Counted from the stretch's first letter, positions 11,224 to 24,626 are shown. The stretch: 64,000 nucleotides of DNA from Bacteroidota bacterium (GCA_013287375.1 JABDDX010000004.1:2449-66448); one strand, 5' to 3'. Notes: generated from the sequence alone by a model not told the origin. Translations and numbers: made by a program.

Positions 11224-12129
11224 TTAAAAATACCCTTGTTTTTTTCTGTCTTCCATTGAGGTGTCGGAGCGTTTGTCATCGCTGCGGTTACCACGTTCGG
11301 TGCTTCGGGTTGCTGATATTTCTTCAACAATTTTCTCCAGTGTATCCGCATCAGATTCGATACCGCCGGTTATGGTAATATCGCCCAGGGTACGGAAACG
11401 CATCCTTTTCTTTTCTATTTTTTCGCCTTCGCGCAGCACCAAAAATTCAGAGTTTGGCAACCACGTACCATCACGGTAAACGGCTTCGCGCTCATGTGCA
11501 AAGTATAATGATGGGATTGGTATATTTTCCTGAAGGATGTAATTCCAAACGTCCATCTCGGTCCAGTTACTTATCGGGAACACCCTGAAGTGTTCGCCCA
11601 TGCGCTTATGGCCGTTAAACATATTCCAAAGCTCGGGGCGTTGGTTTTTAGGATCCCACTGACCAAAATCATCACGGTGCGAAAAGAAACGTTCTTTTGC
11701 ACGTGCCTTTTCTTCATCACGGCGGGCACCACCAATGGCGGCGTCAATTTTATTTTCTTCGATAGCATCTAATAATGATACAATCTGCAATTCATTACGG
11801 CTGGCGTTAATGCCTTCCTCTTCTACTGCACGGCCTTTATCAATGGCAGTTTGTACTGAGCCTACTATTAATTGGATACCCAATTCATCAACCAAATTAT
11901 CACGAAACTCCATTGTTTCGATGAAATTGTGGCCAGTATCAATATGTATAAGCGGCATAGGGATGCGTGCCGGATAAAAAGCCTTGCGGGCCAGGTGCGT
12001 TACCACAATAGAGTCTTTACCACCAGAAAACAATATGGCGGGCCTGTCAAACTGAGCGACAACCTCCCTGATAACATATATAGCTTCTGATTCAAGCTCC
12101 TGAAGATGGGTAAGGTAATATTTAGACAT
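11224..12129 (-). CDS. cysD: Sulfate adenylyltransferase subunit 2
   Basis: LFSGGKDS, GGARRDEEKARAKER, RFRTLG, C-terminal KKQGYF. Confidence 0.96.
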   Translation of the reverse strand: MSKYYLTHLQELESEAIYVIREVVAQFDRPAILFSGGKDSIVVTHLARKAFYPARIPMPLIHIDTGHNFIETMEFRDNLVDELGIQLIVGSVQTAIDKGRAVEEEGINASRNELQIVSLLDAIEENKIDAAIGGARRDEEKARAKERFFSHRDDFGQWDPKNQRPELWNMFNGHKRMGEHFRVFPISNWTEMDVWNYILQENIPIPSLYFAHEREAVYRDGTWLPNSEFLVLREGEKIEKKRMRFRTLGDITITGGIESDADTLEKIVEEISATRSTERGNRSDDKRSDTSMEDRKKQGYF

Positions 12130-12138
12130 TATTATTAA

Positions 12139-12735
12139 TTATAGCTGTATTTTGGGTAAAATATTTTCCAAAACTAAACTTACCGATTGATTTATCGACA
12201 AGTTTTTCGTTTCGACACGAATTTCGGCAGTTAAAGGTGGCTCGTAAGGCGAACCAATTCCGGTAAAGTTAGCAATTTCTCCTCGTCTTGCCTTCTTATA
12301 TAGTCCTTTTATATCACGTTCTTCGCAGATTTCCAGGGGAGTATCTACAAAAACCTCGTTGTATAGGTCGCCTATTATGTTGCGCAGCATTGCCCTTTCA
12401 TGTATAAAAGGGCTAACAAAGGCAGCTATTACTATAATGCCTGCATCGCACATCAGTTTGGCTACTTCACCAATGCGGCGCAGGTTTTCATCACGGTCTT
12501 TTTCGGTAAAAGTGAGGTCCTTACTTAAGCCATTGCGCACATTATCGCCATCAAGTACATAGGTTTTGTAACCTTTCTTGAAAAGCTCTTCTTCGAGGTG
12601 ACTGGCCAGTGTACTTTTGCCTGAGCCTGATAAACCTGTGAACCAAACGCAAATGGCTTTATGGCCATTAATATTTTCGCGTTCGGCGCGGCTTATTTTA
12701 AATTGATGTTCAACTATGTGAAGTTTTTCTTCCAT
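12139..12735 (-). CDS. cysC: Adenylyl-sulfate kinase
   Basis: WFTGLSGSGKST, LDGDNVR, KGLYKKAR.GEI.NFTG. Confidence 0.96.
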   Translation of the reverse strand: MEEKLHIVEHQFKISRAERENINGHKAICVWFTGLSGSGKSTLASHLEEELFKKGYKTYVLDGDNVRNGLSKDLTFTEKDRDENLRRIGEVAKLMCDAGIIVIAAFVSPFIHERAMLRNIIGDLYNEVFVDTPLEICEERDIKGLYKKARRGEIANFTGIGSPYEPPLTAEIRVETKNLSINQSVSLVLENILPKIQL

Positions 12736-12737
12736 TC

Positions 12738-13049
12738 TTAAGCCTGCCCTACTGTTCCGCCAAAATTCATCGGGAAACCCGATGGTTCCTGTTGTGTTTT
12801 GATACGGCCATTTATCGCTTCAAATTTCTCTACATTATCCGACAATGCAGAAAGTAAACGTTTGGCATGTTCAGGGGTTAATATGATCCTCGATTTTACT
12901 TTAGCTTTGGGCACGCCCGGCATCACACGGATAAAATCCAACACAAACTCAGAGCTTGAATGGGTAATGATAGCCAGGTTGGAATAGATCCCTTCAGAAA
13001 CTTCTTCAGAGAGTTCAATACTCAATTGATTTTCATTTTGTTCTTCCAT
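12738..13049 (-). CDS. DUF3467 family protein
   Basis: GIYSNLAIITHS.SEFVLDF...PG.PKAKVKSRIILTP.HAKRL; usual position downstream of rpoC in Bacteroidetes. Confidence 0.85.
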   Translation of the reverse strand: MEEQNENQLSIELSEEVSEGIYSNLAIITHSSSEFVLDFIRVMPGVPKAKVKSRIILTPEHAKRLLSALSDNVEKFEAINGRIKTQQEPSGFPMNFGGTVGQA

Positions 13050-13147
13050 CCTGCGAAAATAACAAAGCCTTTCCGTTTATGGAAAGCCTTTTAATATTTA
13101 TTGTATATAGATGTAGTATATTAAGTATAAAGCATTAAATATGTTAC

Positions 13148-13180
13148 AAAAAAAGCCTGCCAATTTTCATTGGCAGGCTT
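13148..13180 (-). terminator. Intrinsic terminator after rpoC
   Basis: AAGCCTGCCAAT / ATTGGCAGGCTT stem with a U-tract on the minus strand. Confidence 0.85.
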
Positions 13181-13200
13181 AAAATTTATAACGTTTATAG

Positions 13201-16200
13201 TTATGCTTCTACTTCTTCAGTTTTTGAAGCCATTAAACGATCGAATTCCTCTTGAGAACCTACACGGATATTTTCGTATGCGCGTAAACCTGTTCCTGAT
13301 GGAATTAAGTGACCAACAATTACGTTTTCTTTCAGACCAAGCATAAAGTCTTTTTTACCTGCGATTGCTGCTTCGTTCAGTACTTTGGTAGTTTCCTGGA
13401 ACGATGCTGCCGAGATAAACGACTTGGTACCTAATGACGCCCTTGTGATACCTTGTAATATCGGGCTTGATGTAGCTGCGATAGCATCCCTTACTTCAAC
13501 TAACCTCATATCCTTACGTTTAAGGATTGAGTTTTCGTCGCGGAGCTTTCTAACAGATATGATCTGGCCTGCTTTTACTGTGGTAGAATCACCTGGTTCA
13601 ACAACAACTTTCTTATCGAAAATTTCGTCGTTCTCGATCATGAAATCCCAGCTATCAACCGCTTCTTTTTCAAGGAACGTAGTATCGCCGGCATCCTCAA
13701 TTGATACTTTTTGCATCATTTGGTGAACGATTACTTCGAAGTGTTTATCATTGATCTTCACACCTTGTAAACGGTAAACTTCTTGTATACCATTCACTAA
13801 GTATTCCTGTACCGCAGCAGGGCCTTTAATAGCCAGGATGTCGGCAGGAGAGATAGAACCATCAGACAATGGCATACCAGCTTTCACAAAGTCATTATCC
13901 TGTACCAGGATGTGTTTAGACAATGGAACAAGGTATTTTTTGATCTGACCATCTTTTGATTCGATAGTCATTTCGCGGTTACCACGTTTAACACCACCTA
14001 AGGTTACCACACCATCAATCTCAGTAACAACTGCAGGGTTTGATGGGTTACGTGCTTCGAATAACTCGGTTACACGTGGTAAACCACCTGTGATATCTCG
14101 CGTTTTTCCGGTTGAACGAGGTATTTTAGCAATAACTTGTCCGGTTTGTAATTTCTCGCCTTCATCAACCGCGATGTGGGCGCCTACCGGGATGTTATAA
14201 CCTTTTACTACGTTACCTTTGTCAACAATTTGTATAACAGGGTTTTTAGTTTTATCTCTTGTATCGATAATTACTTTTTCACGGTGACCTGTTTGCTCAT
14301 CTGATTCTTCACGGAAAGTAATACCTTCCAATACAGCTTCAAACTGGGTTGAACCCGCAAATTCAGAGATGATTACCGCATTGTACGGATCCCATGAACA
14401 GATACGGTCGCCTTTAGCAATTTTGCTTCCGTCTTTAACATATAAGTAAGCACCGTAAGGGATATTGTTAGTTACAATAACCTTATTGGTTCCTTCTTCT
14501 ACGATACGGAACTCACCTGAACGGCCTAATACTACATCAACCGGACCATCTTCAGCAGTTTTGTATTGTACTGTACGAACGTTTTCAAATTCGATAATAC
14601 CTTCAAACCTTGCATTGATCTGTGATTCAGCCGCGATGTTTGACGCGGTACCACCCACGTGGAAGGTACGTAACGTTAACTGTGTTCCCGGCTCACCGAT
14701 TGACTGTGCAGCAATTACACCAACAGCCTCGCCACGTTGCACGCGTTTACCGCTTGCCAGGTTACGGCCATAGCATAATGCACATACACCACGCCTGCTT
14801 TCGCAAGTTAATACCGAACGTATCTCGATACCCTCTAACGGAGAGTTTTCGATAGTTTTTGATATTTCTTCAGTAATGTCATGACCTGCAGCTACTAACA
14901 ATTCGTTAGAGATAGGATCATAAACATCATTCAGGGCAGTACGGCCTAAAATACGTTCGTGTAATGGCTCAACAATATCCTCGTTATCTTTAAGGGCGGT
15001 TGTGTATATACCTCTTAAAGTACCGCAATCTTCTTCACCGACAATCATATCCTGGGCAACGTCATGCAACCTACGGGTTAAGTAACCAGCATCAGCAGTT
15101 TTTAACGCTGTATCCGCCAAACCTTTACGTGCACCGTGAGTAGAGATAAAGTATTCCAATACCGACAAACCTTCTTTAAAGTTTGAAAGGATCGGGTTTT
15201 CAATGATCTCGCCACCTGAACCTGATTTTTGAGGTTTCGCCATCAAACCACGCATACCTGCAAGCTGACGGATCTGCTCTTTAGAACCACGCGCACCAGA
15301 ATCAAGCATCATATATACTGAGTTGAAGCCCTGGTTGTCTGTTGACAAGATTTCCATCACATTCGCTGTTAGGCGGTTGTTGATACGTGTCCAGATATCG
15401 ATGATCTGATTGTAACGCTCATTGTTAGTGATGAAACCCATGTTGTAGTTACCCATAACCTCTTCAACTTCTTTCGAAGCTTGCTCAATAAGCGTAACTT
15501 TTTGTGCAGGGATATTAATATCCTTCAGGTTAAATGATAAACCACCCTGGAATGCCATTTTGAAACCTAATTCCTTAATATCATCAAGGAACTGGGCTGC
15601 ACGTGCCATACCAGTGTTTTTAACTACCTCACCAATAATATCACGAAGTGATTTCTTGGTTAATAATTCATTTATGTAACCAACTTCGGCTGGTACGTGT
15701 TGGTTGAACAATACGCGGCCTACAGTGGTGTCAATAATTTTATTTACGATGCTGCCATCACGTTCTTTAACATTGGCTTTCACCTTGATAAATGCGTGCA
15801 GGTCAAGTTTTTTCTCGTTATAAGCGATGATAACTTCTTCAGCAGAGTAGAATGTTAAGCCTGAACCTTTAACAATGTGTCCTTCTTCTGTTTTACGGCC
15901 TTTGGTTATGTAGTACAAACCAAGCACCATATCCTGTGATGGTACTGTAATTGGGGTACCGTTAGCAGGGTTAAGGATGTTGTGTGATGCAAGCATTAAA
16001 ATTTGGGCTTCCAAAATTGCCGCGTTACCTAGTGGTACGTGAACGGCCATCTGGTCACCGTCAAAATCCGCGTTGAAGGCGGTACAGGTTAACGGGTGTA
16101 ACTGGATAGCTTTACCTTCAACCAATTTTGGCTGGAACGACTGGATACCTAACCTGTGCAGCGTAGGCGCACGGTTTAGTAATACAGGGTGTCCTTTTAA

Positions 16201-17487
16201 TACATTCTCTAATATATCCCAAACTAATGGGTCTTTACGGTCAACGATTTTTTTGGCAGATTTTACTGTTTTAACCACACCACGCTCAATCATCTTACGG
16301 ATGATAAATGGTTTGAATAACTCAGCAGCCATATCTTTTGGTAAACCGCACTCGTGTAATTTAAGGTTTGGACCTACAACAATTACCGAACGTGCTGAAT
16401 AATCCACACGTTTACCTAATAAGTTTTGACGGAAACGGCCTTGTTTACCTTTCAGAATGTCTGAAAGTGATTTCAATGCACGGTTACCTTCAGTTTTAAC
16501 GGCGTTTACTTTACGTGAGTTATCGAATAACGAGTCAACAGCTTCCTGTAACATACGTTTTTCGTTACGTAAAATAACTTCCGGCGCTTTAATCTCGATC
16601 AAACGTTTTAAACGGTTGTTACGGATAATTACACGACGGTATAAATCGTTCAAATCTGAAGTAGCGAAACGGCCACCTTCTAGTGGAACTAACGGGCGTA
16701 ATTCAGGTGGGATAACCGGAACGATCTTAACGATCATCCACTCAGGGTTATTTTCGATCCTGTCTTTTGAATCGCGGAAAGCTTCAACAACCTGTAAACG
16801 TTTTAAAGCTTCGTTTTTACGTTGTTGAGAAGTTTCGTTAGCAGCCTGGTGACGTAAGCTGAAAGAAAGCTCGTCAAGGTCAAGGCGTTTTAAAAGCTCT
16901 TCTAAAGCTTCAGCGCCCATTTTAGCTACGAATTTCTGCGGATCCTTATCATCTAAATACTGGTTTTCTTTTGGAAGAGTATCCAAAACATCCAGGTATT
17001 CTTCTTCAGTAAGGAAATCCATTTTATTTATACCGTCAGCTTCCTTAATACCAGGCTGTATTACTACATAACGTTCGTAGTAAATGATTAAATCTAACCT
17101 TTTGGTAGGTAAGCCTAACAGGTAACCAATTTTGTTTGGTAATGAACGGAAGTACCAGATGTGTGCAACAGGAACCACCAAGTTGATGTGGCCCATACGC
17201 TCACGACGTACTTTCTTTTCAGTTACTTCAACACCGCAACGGTCACACACGATACCTTTGTAACGGATACGTTTGTATTTACCGCAATGGCACTCATAAT
17301 CTTTAACCGGGCCGAATATACGTTCGCAAAACAAACCATCACGTTCAGGTTTGTATGTTCTGTAATTGATGGTCTCCGGTTTTAAAACTTCGCCACTTGA
17401 ACGCTCCAGGATAGACTCAGGTGAGGCTAAGCTGATGGTAATAGTGGTGAAATTACTTTTGATTTTATTATCCTTTTTGTAAGACAT
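13201..17487 (-). CDS. rpoC: RNA polymerase beta' subunit
   Basis: NADFDGDQM active-site motif; 1428 aa. Confidence 0.99.
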   Translation of the reverse strand: MSYKKDNKIKSNFTTITISLASPESILERSSGEVLKPETINYRTYKPERDGLFCERIFGPVKDYECHCGKYKRIRYKGIVCDRCGVEVTEKKVRRERMGHINLVVPVAHIWYFRSLPNKIGYLLGLPTKRLDLIIYYERYVVIQPGIKEADGINKMDFLTEEEYLDVLDTLPKENQYLDDKDPQKFVAKMGAEALEELLKRLDLDELSFSLRHQAANETSQQRKNEALKRLQVVEAFRDSKDRIENNPEWMIVKIVPVIPPELRPLVPLEGGRFATSDLNDLYRRVIIRNNRLKRLIEIKAPEVILRNEKRMLQEAVDSLFDNSRKVNAVKTEGNRALKSLSDILKGKQGRFRQNLLGKRVDYSARSVIVVGPNLKLHECGLPKDMAAELFKPFIIRKMIERGVVKTVKSAKKIVDRKDPLVWDILENVLKGHPVLLNRAPTLHRLGIQSFQPKLVEGKAIQLHPLTCTAFNADFDGDQMAVHVPLGNAAILEAQILMLASHNILNPANGTPITVPSQDMVLGLYYITKGRKTEEGHIVKGSGLTFYSAEEVIIAYNEKKLDLHAFIKVKANVKERDGSIVNKIIDTTVGRVLFNQHVPAEVGYINELLTKKSLRDIIGEVVKNTGMARAAQFLDDIKELGFKMAFQGGLSFNLKDINIPAQKVTLIEQASKEVEEVMGNYNMGFITNNERYNQIIDIWTRINNRLTANVMEILSTDNQGFNSVYMMLDSGARGSKEQIRQLAGMRGLMAKPQKSGSGGEIIENPILSNFKEGLSVLEYFISTHGARKGLADTALKTADAGYLTRRLHDVAQDMIVGEEDCGTLRGIYTTALKDNEDIVEPLHERILGRTALNDVYDPISNELLVAAGHDITEEISKTIENSPLEGIEIRSVLTCESRRGVCALCYGRNLASGKRVQRGEAVGVIAAQSIGEPGTQLTLRTFHVGGTASNIAAESQINARFEGIIEFENVRTVQYKTAEDGPVDVVLGRSGEFRIVEEGTNKVIVTNNIPYGAYLYVKDGSKIAKGDRICSWDPYNAVIISEFAGSTQFEAVLEGITFREESDEQTGHREKVIIDTRDKTKNPVIQIVDKGNVVKGYNIPVGAHIAVDEGEKLQTGQVIAKIPRSTGKTRDITGGLPRVTELFEARNPSNPAVVTEIDGVVTLGGVKRGNREMTIESKDGQIKKYLVPLSKHILVQDNDFVKAGMPLSDGSISPADILAIKGPAAVQEYLVNGIQEVYRLQGVKINDKHFEVIVHQMMQKVSIEDAGDTTFLEKEAVDSWDFMIENDEIFDKKVVVEPGDSTTVKAGQIISVRKLRDENSILKRKDMRLVEVRDAIAATSSPILQGITRASLGTKSFISAASFQETTKVLNEAAIAGKKDFMLGLKENVIVGHLIPSGTGLRAYENIRVGSQEEFDRLMASKTEEVEA

Positions 17488-17500
17488 AGTCTCCTTTGTT

Positions 17501-17570
17501 TTAAAGTTAAAAGTTAAAGGTTTAAAGTTGAAAGTAGCTCTCGCTTTAAACTTTCAACTTTAAACTTTAT
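17501..17570. repeat. Inverted heptamer tandem-repeat element between rpoB and rpoC
   Basis: 5 x TTAAAGT-like units, 7-nt loop, then 4 x ACTTTAA-like units. Confidence 0.85.
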
Positions 17571-17572
17571 CC

Positions 17573-20500
17573 TTATTCTAATGTGATATCCAAACCTAAA
17601 CCTCTTAATTCGTGAATCAATACGTTGAATGATTCCGGAACTGAAGGAGTTGGCAGGTTTTCACCTTTAACAATAGCCTCGTAAGTTTTAGCGCGGCCGA
17701 TAACATCATCAGATTTAACGGTCAAGATCTCTTGCAAGATGTTTGCTGCACCGAATGCTTCCAGTGCCCAAACTTCCATCTCACCAAAACGCTGACCACC
17801 GAACTGGGCTTTACCACCCAATGGTTGTTGTGTAATTAATGAGTATGGCCCTATTGAACGCGCATGCATCTTATCATCAACCATGTGACCTAATTTCAGC
17901 ATGTATATAATACCTACTGTGGTCTGTTGATCGAAGCGATCGCCTGTTAAACCGTTGTATAAATAGGTACGGCCTGATTCAGGTAAGTTTGCCTTTTTAA
18001 CCCACTCTTCCACTTCTTCATGGCTTGCACCATCAAAAATCGGGGTAGCGAATTTAATGCCCAGTTCTTTACCAGCCCATCCTAATACAGTTTCATAGAT
18101 CTGGCCCAAGTTCATACGTGAAGGTACACCCAGTGGGTTCAACACGATATCAACCGGTGTTCCATCCTCAAGGAAAGGCATGTCCTCGTCACGTACAATA
18201 CGTGCAACAATACCTTTGTTACCGTGGCGGCCTGCCATTTTATCACCCACTTTAAGCTTACGCTTTTTAGCGATGTAAACTTTAGCCATTTGCACGATAC
18301 CTGATGGAAGCTCATCACCCACACTGATAGCGAATTTATCACGACGATAAGCACCTAATTCTTCGTTAACCTTGATGTTGTAGTTATGAAGAAGAAGTTT
18401 TATCTGATCGTTTTTATCATCATCAGTTGTCCATTTGGTTGGGTTAATATTTTCATAATTAAGCTCAACCAGAATTTTTTGAGTGAATTTAACACCTTTA
18501 GCAACCTGTAACTCTTTGTAAACATTAAATACACCTTGTGATGTTTTACCATTCACAATCTCGAATAATTTTTCGATCAATGTATTTTTAAGGTCTTTAA
18601 CAGCCTTATCATGTTTGTTATCCAATTTTTCTATCTGTGCTTTTTCTTCTGCTTTCGTAGTTTTCTTAGCACGTGAGAATAATTTGGTATCGATAACCAC
18701 ACCAGCGATAGATGGAGGAGTTTTTAAAGACGCATCTTTAACATCACCTGCTTTATCACCAAATATGGCACGTAGTAATTTTTCTTCCGGTGAAGGATCT
18801 GATTCACCTTTTGGAGTGATCTTACCGATCAAAATGTCGCCTTCTTTAACCTCAGCACCAACACGGATGATACCGTCTTCGTCAAGGTCTTTAGTAGCTT
18901 CTTCTGATACGTTAGGGATATCCGGTGTTAATTCTTCTTCACCACGTTTAGTATCACGTACTTCCAGTTCAAATTCTTCCACGTGAAGTGAAGTGAATAT
19001 ATCCTGTGAAACTACGCGCTCCGAGATCACGATCGCATCCTCAAAGTTGTATCCCTGCCAAGGCATGAACGCTACTTTTAAGTTACGGCCTAAGGCAAGC
19101 TCACCATTTTGGGTAGCATAACCTTCGCAAAGTACTTCACCTTTTTCAACCCTTTGGCCTTTTTTAACAATCGGCTTAAGGTTCATGGTAGTGCTCTGGT
19201 TCGTTTTCTTGAACTTGGTTAAACGGTAGCTGCGTGAATCGCCATCAAAAGATACAAGGCGGTCCAGCTCGTTACGGTCATATTTAATGCGGATTTCGTT
19301 GGCATCTACATACTCAACTACGCCGTCACCTTCTGCATTTATCAGTGTACGTGAATCTTTAGCCACACGGCCTTCCAAACCAGTACCAACAATCGGCGCT
19401 TCAGGGCGTAACAATGGTACGGCCTGGCGTTGCATGTTTGAACCCATCAATGCACGGTTAGCATCATCATGTTCCAGGAACGGAATTAATGAAGCCGCGA
19501 TCGAAGTGATCTGGTTAGGGGCGATATCCATATAATCAAGTCTATCCGGCTCAATGATCGGGAAGTCACCTTCAAAACGTGCTTTTACACGTGGAGTACT
19601 AAATACACCTTTATCATCATAAACCGCGTTGGCCTGTCCAATGGTTTTGCCATCTTCGTCTTCAGCAGATAAATACACAACCGGCTCATCCATTGATACC
19701 ACACCGTCAACCACACGTTTGTATGGTGTTTCGATGAAGCCCAGGTTATTGATTTTGGCGTGTACGCAAAGTGAAGATATCAAACCAATGTTCGGTCCTT
19801 CCGGAGTTTCGATGGTACATAACCTACCGTAGTGGGTATAGTGTACGTCACGAACCTCGAAACCTGCACGCTCACGAGATAGACCACCGGGCCCCAGGGC
19901 TGACAGACGACGCTTGTGCGTGATCTCTGCCAGTGGGTTGGTTTGGTCCATAAATTGTGATAGCTGGTTTGTTCCGAAGAACGAGTTGATCACTGATGAT
20001 AATGTACGCGCGTTGATCAGGTCGGTTGGTGTGAACACCTCGTTATCACGAATGTTCATACGCTCACGGATGGTACGAGCCATACGTGCTAAACCTACGC
20101 CGAACTGAGCATATAACTGCTCACCTACGGTACGTACACGACGGTTTGACAAGTGATCAATATCATCCACCTCAGCTTTTGAGTTGATTAATTTGATCAG
20201 ATATTTTACAATCGCGATGATATCCTGTTTGGTTAAAACTTTAGTTTCTTCAGAAGTGCTAAGTTTTAATTTACGGTTGATGCGGTAACGACCTACATCA
20301 CCCAGGTCATATCTTTTATCAGAGAAGAATAAACGATCGATGATACCACGGGCAGTTTCCTCATCAGGTGGTTCAGCGTTACGTAATTGACGGTAGATAT
20401 GCTCAACCGCTTCTTTCTCAGAGTTTGAAGTATCTTTTTGTAAAGTATTATATATGATAGTGTAGTCACCGCTGGTAGCAGCATCTTCCTTGTTCAGGAT

Positions 20501-21376
20501 GATAGTTTTTACACCTGCATCAATGATCATGTCAATATGGTCATCTTCAAGCACGGTTTCACGCTCCAGAATGATCTCGTTACGGTCGATTGAAACAACT
20601 TCACCGGTATCTTCGTCCACAAAATCCTCAACCCATTTTTTAAGCACCCTTGCGGCAAGCTTACGGCCAATGAATTTTTTAAGACCTGATTTGCTAACTT
20701 TTACTTCATCAGCCAGTTCAAATAATTCTAATATATCTTTATCAGAATCATAACCAATAGCACGTAGTAAGGTAGTAACCGGGAATTTCTTTTTACGGTC
20801 GATATAAGCATACATCACGTTATTAACGTCTGTAGCAAACTCAATCCATGATCCTTTGAAAGGGATAACACGGGCAGAGTATAATTTAGTACCGTTAGTG
20901 TGGCGGCTTTGGCCAAAGAACACACCTGGTGAACGGTGCAATTGCGATACAATTACACGCTCAGCGCCATTGATAACGAATGTACCTTTAGGAGTCATGT
21001 AAGGGATAGTTCCCAAGTACACGTCCTGTACTATCGTTTCAAAATCTTCGTGCTCCTCGTCATTACATGACAGGCGCAACTTGGCTTTTAAAGGGACGCT
21101 ATAAGTTAATCCGCGTTCGATACACTCTTGTATATCATAACGTGGCGGATCAATAAAATAGTCAAGAAATTCTAAAACAAAGATGTTTCTTGAATCTGAA
21201 ATTGGAAAGTTTTCGGCAAACACTTTAAACAAACCTTCTTTATAGCGGTTGTCTGAAGTAGTTTCCAATTGAAAAAATTCCTGAAAAGATTGCAACTGTA
21301 CATCCAGGAAATCAGGGTAATCAAGTACCTTTCTGCTGGTTGCAAAGTTTACTCTTTGATTATTGTTGTTTGCCAA
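17573..21376 (-). CDS. rpoB: RNA polymerase beta subunit (TTG start)
   Basis: [12 protein letters not shown] and [16 protein letters not shown]. Confidence 0.99.
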   Translation of the reverse strand: MANNNNQRVNFATSRKVLDYPDFLDVQLQSFQEFFQLETTSDNRYKEGLFKVFAENFPISDSRNIFVLEFLDYFIDPPRYDIQECIERGLTYSVPLKAKLRLSCNDEEHEDFETIVQDVYLGTIPYMTPKGTFVINGAERVIVSQLHRSPGVFFGQSRHTNGTKLYSARVIPFKGSWIEFATDVNNVMYAYIDRKKKFPVTTLLRAIGYDSDKDILELFELADEVKVSKSGLKKFIGRKLAARVLKKWVEDFVDEDTGEVVSIDRNEIILERETVLEDDHIDMIIDAGVKTIILNKEDAATSGDYTIIYNTLQKDTSNSEKEAVEHIYRQLRNAEPPDEETARGIIDRLFFSDKRYDLGDVGRYRINRKLKLSTSEETKVLTKQDIIAIVKYLIKLINSKAEVDDIDHLSNRRVRTVGEQLYAQFGVGLARMARTIRERMNIRDNEVFTPTDLINARTLSSVINSFFGTNQLSQFMDQTNPLAEITHKRRLSALGPGGLSRERAGFEVRDVHYTHYGRLCTIETPEGPNIGLISSLCVHAKINNLGFIETPYKRVVDGVVSMDEPVVYLSAEDEDGKTIGQANAVYDDKGVFSTPRVKARFEGDFPIIEPDRLDYMDIAPNQITSIAASLIPFLEHDDANRALMGSNMQRQAVPLLRPEAPIVGTGLEGRVAKDSRTLINAEGDGVVEYVDANEIRIKYDRNELDRLVSFDGDSRSYRLTKFKKTNQSTTMNLKPIVKKGQRVEKGEVLCEGYATQNGELALGRNLKVAFMPWQGYNFEDAIVISERVVSQDIFTSLHVEEFELEVRDTKRGEEELTPDIPNVSEEATKDLDEDGIIRVGAEVKEGDILIGKITPKGESDPSPEEKLLRAIFGDKAGDVKDASLKTPPSIAGVVIDTKLFSRAKKTTKAEEKAQIEKLDNKHDKAVKDLKNTLIEKLFEIVNGKTSQGVFNVYKELQVAKGVKFTQKILVELNYENINPTKWTTDDDKNDQIKLLLHNYNIKVNEELGAYRRDKFAISVGDELPSGIVQMAKVYIAKKRKLKVGDKMAGRHGNKGIVARIVRDEDMPFLEDGTPVDIVLNPLGVPSRMNLGQIYETVLGWAGKELGIKFATPIFDGASHEEVEEWVKKANLPESGRTYLYNGLTGDRFDQQTTVGIIYMLKLGHMVDDKMHARSIGPYSLITQQPLGGKAQFGGQRFGEMEVWALEAFGAANILQEILTVKSDDVIGRAKTYEAIVKGENLPTPSVPESFNVLIHELRGLGLDITLE

Positions 21377-21506
21377 GGGATTATAATTTTAGTTTATTAA
21401 TAAACTTAAGTAGATGTTTTTAGATGCGAGATTTAGAGATATGAGATTTGAGATAATATATCAAACCTAAACATCTAAAATGTCTAAACCATTATAAACA
21501 GCAATA

Positions 21507-21532
21507 GACCCCGACCAAAAACGGTCGGAGTC
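21507..21532 (-). terminator. Hairpin after rplL (terminator or attenuator)
   Basis: GACCCCGACC-AAAAAC-GGTCGGAGTC; weak U-tract. Confidence 0.55.
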
Positions 21533-21557
21533 TGATGCTATTGTGTATCGGGTTAAA

Positions 21558-21941
21558 TTATTTAACCTCAACTACCGCTCCGGCTTCTTCTAATTGTTTT
21601 TTCAAAGATTCAGCTTCTTCTTTAGTTACACCAGTTTTAACTTCTTTAGGTGCACCATCAACTAAGTCTTTAGCTTCTTTCAAACCAAGGCCGGTAAGGT
21701 CTTTTACTAATTTAACAACTGCTAACTTTGAGCCCCCTGCTTCTTTCAGGATAACATCAAATGCAGTTTGTTCAGCAGCAGCTGCAGGAGCGTCATCGCC
21801 ACCAGCTGGAGCAGCAGCAACAGCAACAGCTGCAGCAGCAGGCTCAATGCCATACTCATCTTTCAAGATCTGAGCTAATTCGTTAACTTCTTTTACTGTT
21901 AAGTTTACTAACTGTTCAGCAAACGCTTTTAAATCCGCCAT
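21558..21941 (-). CDS. rplL: 50S ribosomal protein L7/L12
   Basis: Ala-rich hinge, [11 protein letters not shown]. Confidence 0.98.
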   Translation of the reverse strand: MADLKAFAEQLVNLTVKEVNELAQILKDEYGIEPAAAAVAVAAAPAGGDDAPAAAAEQTAFDVILKEAGGSKLAVVKLVKDLTGLGLKEAKDLVDGAPKEVKTGVTKEEAESLKKQLEEAGAVVEVK

Positions 21942-21999
21942 TTTATTTAATTTTTACTTTTTAATGCTTTTTGTTTAATTCGAAACTTAGGGTGTTCCG

Positions 22000-22518
22000 T
22001 TAACCTCTTTCTTGTAATGTTTTTACAACTCCTGCCAGTATATTTCCGCCTGATTGTAGTGCAGAAATAACGTTCTTCGCTGGTGATTGCAATAGTCCGA
22101 TAATCTCGCCAACCAATTGTTCTTTTGATTTTAAGTTAATCAAAGTATCAAGTTGGTTATCGCCAATAAATATCGATGAATCAATATATGCTGCTTTTAA
22201 AACCGGTTTGTCACCTTTTTTCCTTAACTGTTTGATCAGTTTTGCCGGAGCAGTTGCTGATTTAGAGAAAAGGATTGATGATGAACCTTTTAATACATCA
22301 TATAATGGAGAGAAATCACCTTCGATATTGTCCATAGCTTTTTTAATCAAGCTATTTTTGGTTACCTGCATGGTGATGTCACTTTCGAAACATTTGCGAC
22401 GGATGTCATTTACTTTTGCAACCGTTAAATTAGAAGTATCGGTAATATAGAAATTACCATACTCTTTCATTTGTTCAGTAAGGGCAAGAACTAAGTCGTA
22501 TTTTTCTTCTTTATTCAT
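22000..22518 (-). CDS. rplJ: 50S ribosomal protein L10
   Basis: Position in the operon and VTKNSLIKKA motif. Confidence 0.96.
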   Translation of the reverse strand: MNKEEKYDLVLALTEQMKEYGNFYITDTSNLTVAKVNDIRRKCFESDITMQVTKNSLIKKAMDNIEGDFSPLYDVLKGSSSILFSKSATAPAKLIKQLRKKGDKPVLKAAYIDSSIFIGDNQLDTLINLKSKEQLVGEIIGLLQSPAKNVISALQSGGNILAGVVKTLQERG

Positions 22519-22520
22519 GA

Positions 22521-23219
22521 TTAAATCCCCGCTACTGTTTTGGTTTCAACTTCAATTCCCGGTGACATTGTTGACGAAACGTGTATACTTTTAAAATATG
22601 TTCCTTTTGCTGATGAAGGTTTTAATTTAGAGATAACCTGCAATACTTCTAATGCATTCTCATAAATCTTATCAGCAGGGAAAGATACTTTTCCTATTGA
22701 GGCATGGATGATGCCGGTTTTATCAACCTTGAAATCGATTTTACCACCTTTTACATCAGTTACAGCTTTACCAACTTCTGGTGTTACTGTTCCTGATTTA
22801 GGGTTAGGCATAAGGTTACGCGGGCCTAATATACGACCCAAACGACCTACTTTAGCCATAACACTAGGCATAGTGATGATAATATCAACGTCAGTCCATC
22901 CGCCTTCAATCTTGGCAATGTAATCATCCAAACCTACGAAATCCGCACCTGCGTCTTTAGCTTCTTGTTCCTTATCAGGAGTACAAAGCACAAGCACACG
23001 TACAGTTTTTCCGGTTCCATGAGGCAATGTTGCAATACCACGTACCATTTGATTGGCTTTACGAGGGTCAACACCTAAACGTACATCTATATCAACAGAT
23101 GAATCAAACTTGGTATTGGAAATATCCTTTACCAATGCTGTTGCATCCTGTAATGTGTATGATTTATTAGCCTCAATTTTGGAGAGTGCCGCTTTTTGAT
23201 TTTTTGTTAATCTTGCCAC
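22521..23219 (-). CDS. rplA: 50S ribosomal protein L1 (GTG start)
   Basis: LPHGTGK and [11 protein letters not shown]. Confidence 0.98.
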   Translation of the reverse strand: MARLTKNQKAALSKIEANKSYTLQDATALVKDISNTKFDSSVDIDVRLGVDPRKANQMVRGIATLPHGTGKTVRVLVLCTPDKEQEAKDAGADFVGLDDYIAKIEGGWTDVDIIITMPSVMAKVGRLGRILGPRNLMPNPKSGTVTPEVGKAVTDVKGGKIDFKVDKTGIIHASIGKVSFPADKIYENALEVLQVISKLKPSSAKGTYFKSIHVSSTMSPGIEVETKTVAGI

Positions 23220-23247
23220 TGTCTTAAACTGATTTGTATAAATTTAA

Positions 23248-23688
23248 TTAATTCCAGGGAGCCGTACCTGATACGGTTATTCCCATACTGCGGGCAGTAC
23301 CTGCCACCATTTTCATGGCTGATTCAACTGTGAATGCATTCAGGTCAGTCATTTTATCTTTTGCTATAGTCTCAACCTGATCCCAGTTTACACTGGCAAC
23401 TTTTTTACGGTTGGGCTCAGCAGAACCACTTTTTAAACCTGTTACTTCCATTAACTGGATTGCTACAGGAGGGGTTTTGATGATAAATTCGAATGACTTG
23501 TCAACATATACAGTAATAACTACAGGCAACACTTTACCAGGTTTATCCTGGGTACGTGCGTTGAACTGCTTGCAAAACTCCATAATATTCACACCTTTTG
23601 CACCCAATGCTGGGCCAATTGGTGGAGATGGGTTTGCAGCGCCGCCCTTCACTTGTAGTTTCACCATCGCACCGACTTCTTTTGCCAT
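23248..23688 (-). CDS. rplK: 50S ribosomal protein L11
   Basis: [24 protein letters not shown]. Confidence 0.98.
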   Translation of the reverse strand: MAKEVGAMVKLQVKGGAANPSPPIGPALGAKGVNIMEFCKQFNARTQDKPGKVLPVVITVYVDKSFEFIIKTPPVAIQLMEVTGLKSGSAEPNRKKVASVNWDQVETIAKDKMTDLNAFTVESAMKMVAGTARSMGITVSGTAPWN

Positions 23689-23753
23689 TTTTTTGTTTAC
23701 TTTAATTGTTACTCAATGTTAGTAAGTGGAAGCTATGTAACATTCTTTAATCT

Positions 23754-23864
23754 GGTATCAAGTAGTTAGTATCAAGTATCTAGACTTTTTACCTTTTCTA
23801 TAACCATTATCTTTATTAGTATGTATCGAATAATCTTGCTACTTGATACTAGCTACTAAGTACT
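23754..23864. repeat. Inverted heptamer tandem-repeat element between nusG and rplK
   Basis: GGTATCA AGTAGTT AGTATCA AGTATCT ... TGCTACT TGATACT AGCTACT AAGTACT. Confidence 0.8.
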
Positions 23865-24405
23865 ACTCTTTCTCTACCTGCATGTAATTTAATTCAAGCG
23901 GCGTACGGCGCCCGAATATTTTTACCATTACCTTCAGTTTCTTTTTCTCTTCGTTAACTTCCTCAATCACACCGCTAAAGCCGTTGAAAGGTCCGTCCAT
24001 CACTTTCACATTCTCGCCAACATAGTAAGGCACATTCATGGTTTCACCCTGTGCTGTCATCTCATCAACCTTACCTAAAATACGGTTAACTTCTGCCTGA
24101 CGAAGCGGTATAGCGTTTCCGGCTTTATCACCAAGGAAACCAATAACGCTATTTATGTTTTTTATTACGTGCTCAATTTCGCCATCAAGTTGGGCTTCCA
24201 TCAGCACATAACCCGGGAAGTAATTACGCTCTTTAGCGATTTTCTTTCCGTCGCGCATCTGGTAATATTTTTCGGTAGGGATTAATATCTGAGGGATTAG
24301 GTGTGTTATACCTAAACGGTTTATTTCAGCCTCAATATATGTCTTTACCTTTTTTTCTTTACCACTTATGGCACGTACCACGTACCATTTTAATTGATCG
24401 CTCAT
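23863..24405 (-). CDS. nusG: Transcription termination/antitermination factor NusG
   Basis: WYVV..SGKE, FPGYVL, KOW motif DGPFNGF, IFGRRTP. Confidence 0.98.
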   Translation of the reverse strand: MSDQLKWYVVRAISGKEKKVKTYIEAEINRLGITHLIPQILIPTEKYYQMRDGKKIAKERNYFPGYVLMEAQLDGEIEHVIKNINSVIGFLGDKAGNAIPLRQAEVNRILGKVDEMTAQGETMNVPYYVGENVKVMDGPFNGFSGVIEEVNEEKKKLKVMVKIFGRRTPLELNYMQVEKE

Positions 24406-24416
24406 GTATCTATATA

Positions 24417-24611
24417 TTAACCTAGTGAACTATAAAAACTTCTTAGCAACCAACCAATTAATTGATCCATACCAAAAACTACCAAAGCGATAATAACCGT
24501 TGCCACCAACACCAAAACAGCGCTGCTTTGCAGCTCGCGCCAGGTTGGCCAGGTAACCTTTTCGGTCATCTCGATATATGATTCTTTTATATACTCACCT
24601 ACGTTAGCCAT
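24417..24611 (-). CDS. secE: Preprotein translocase subunit SecE
   Basis: EM..KVTWP followed by one TM helix; between tRNA-Trp and nusG. Confidence 0.95.
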   Translation of the reverse strand: MANVGEYIKESYIEMTEKVTWPTWRELQSSAVLVLVATVIIALVVFGMDQLIGWLLRSFYSSLG

Positions 24612-24626
24612 ATCTTATTAATTATG

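Noticed and set aside
13103-13142. Another heptamer array downstream of the rpoC terminator
   Set aside because: Only three weak AT-rich units with no clear complementary arm; could be chance
13201-21376. Intein or unusual insertion in rpoB/rpoC
   Set aside because: Lengths (1267 and 1428 aa) look normal for Bacteroidetes and no intein motifs are seen
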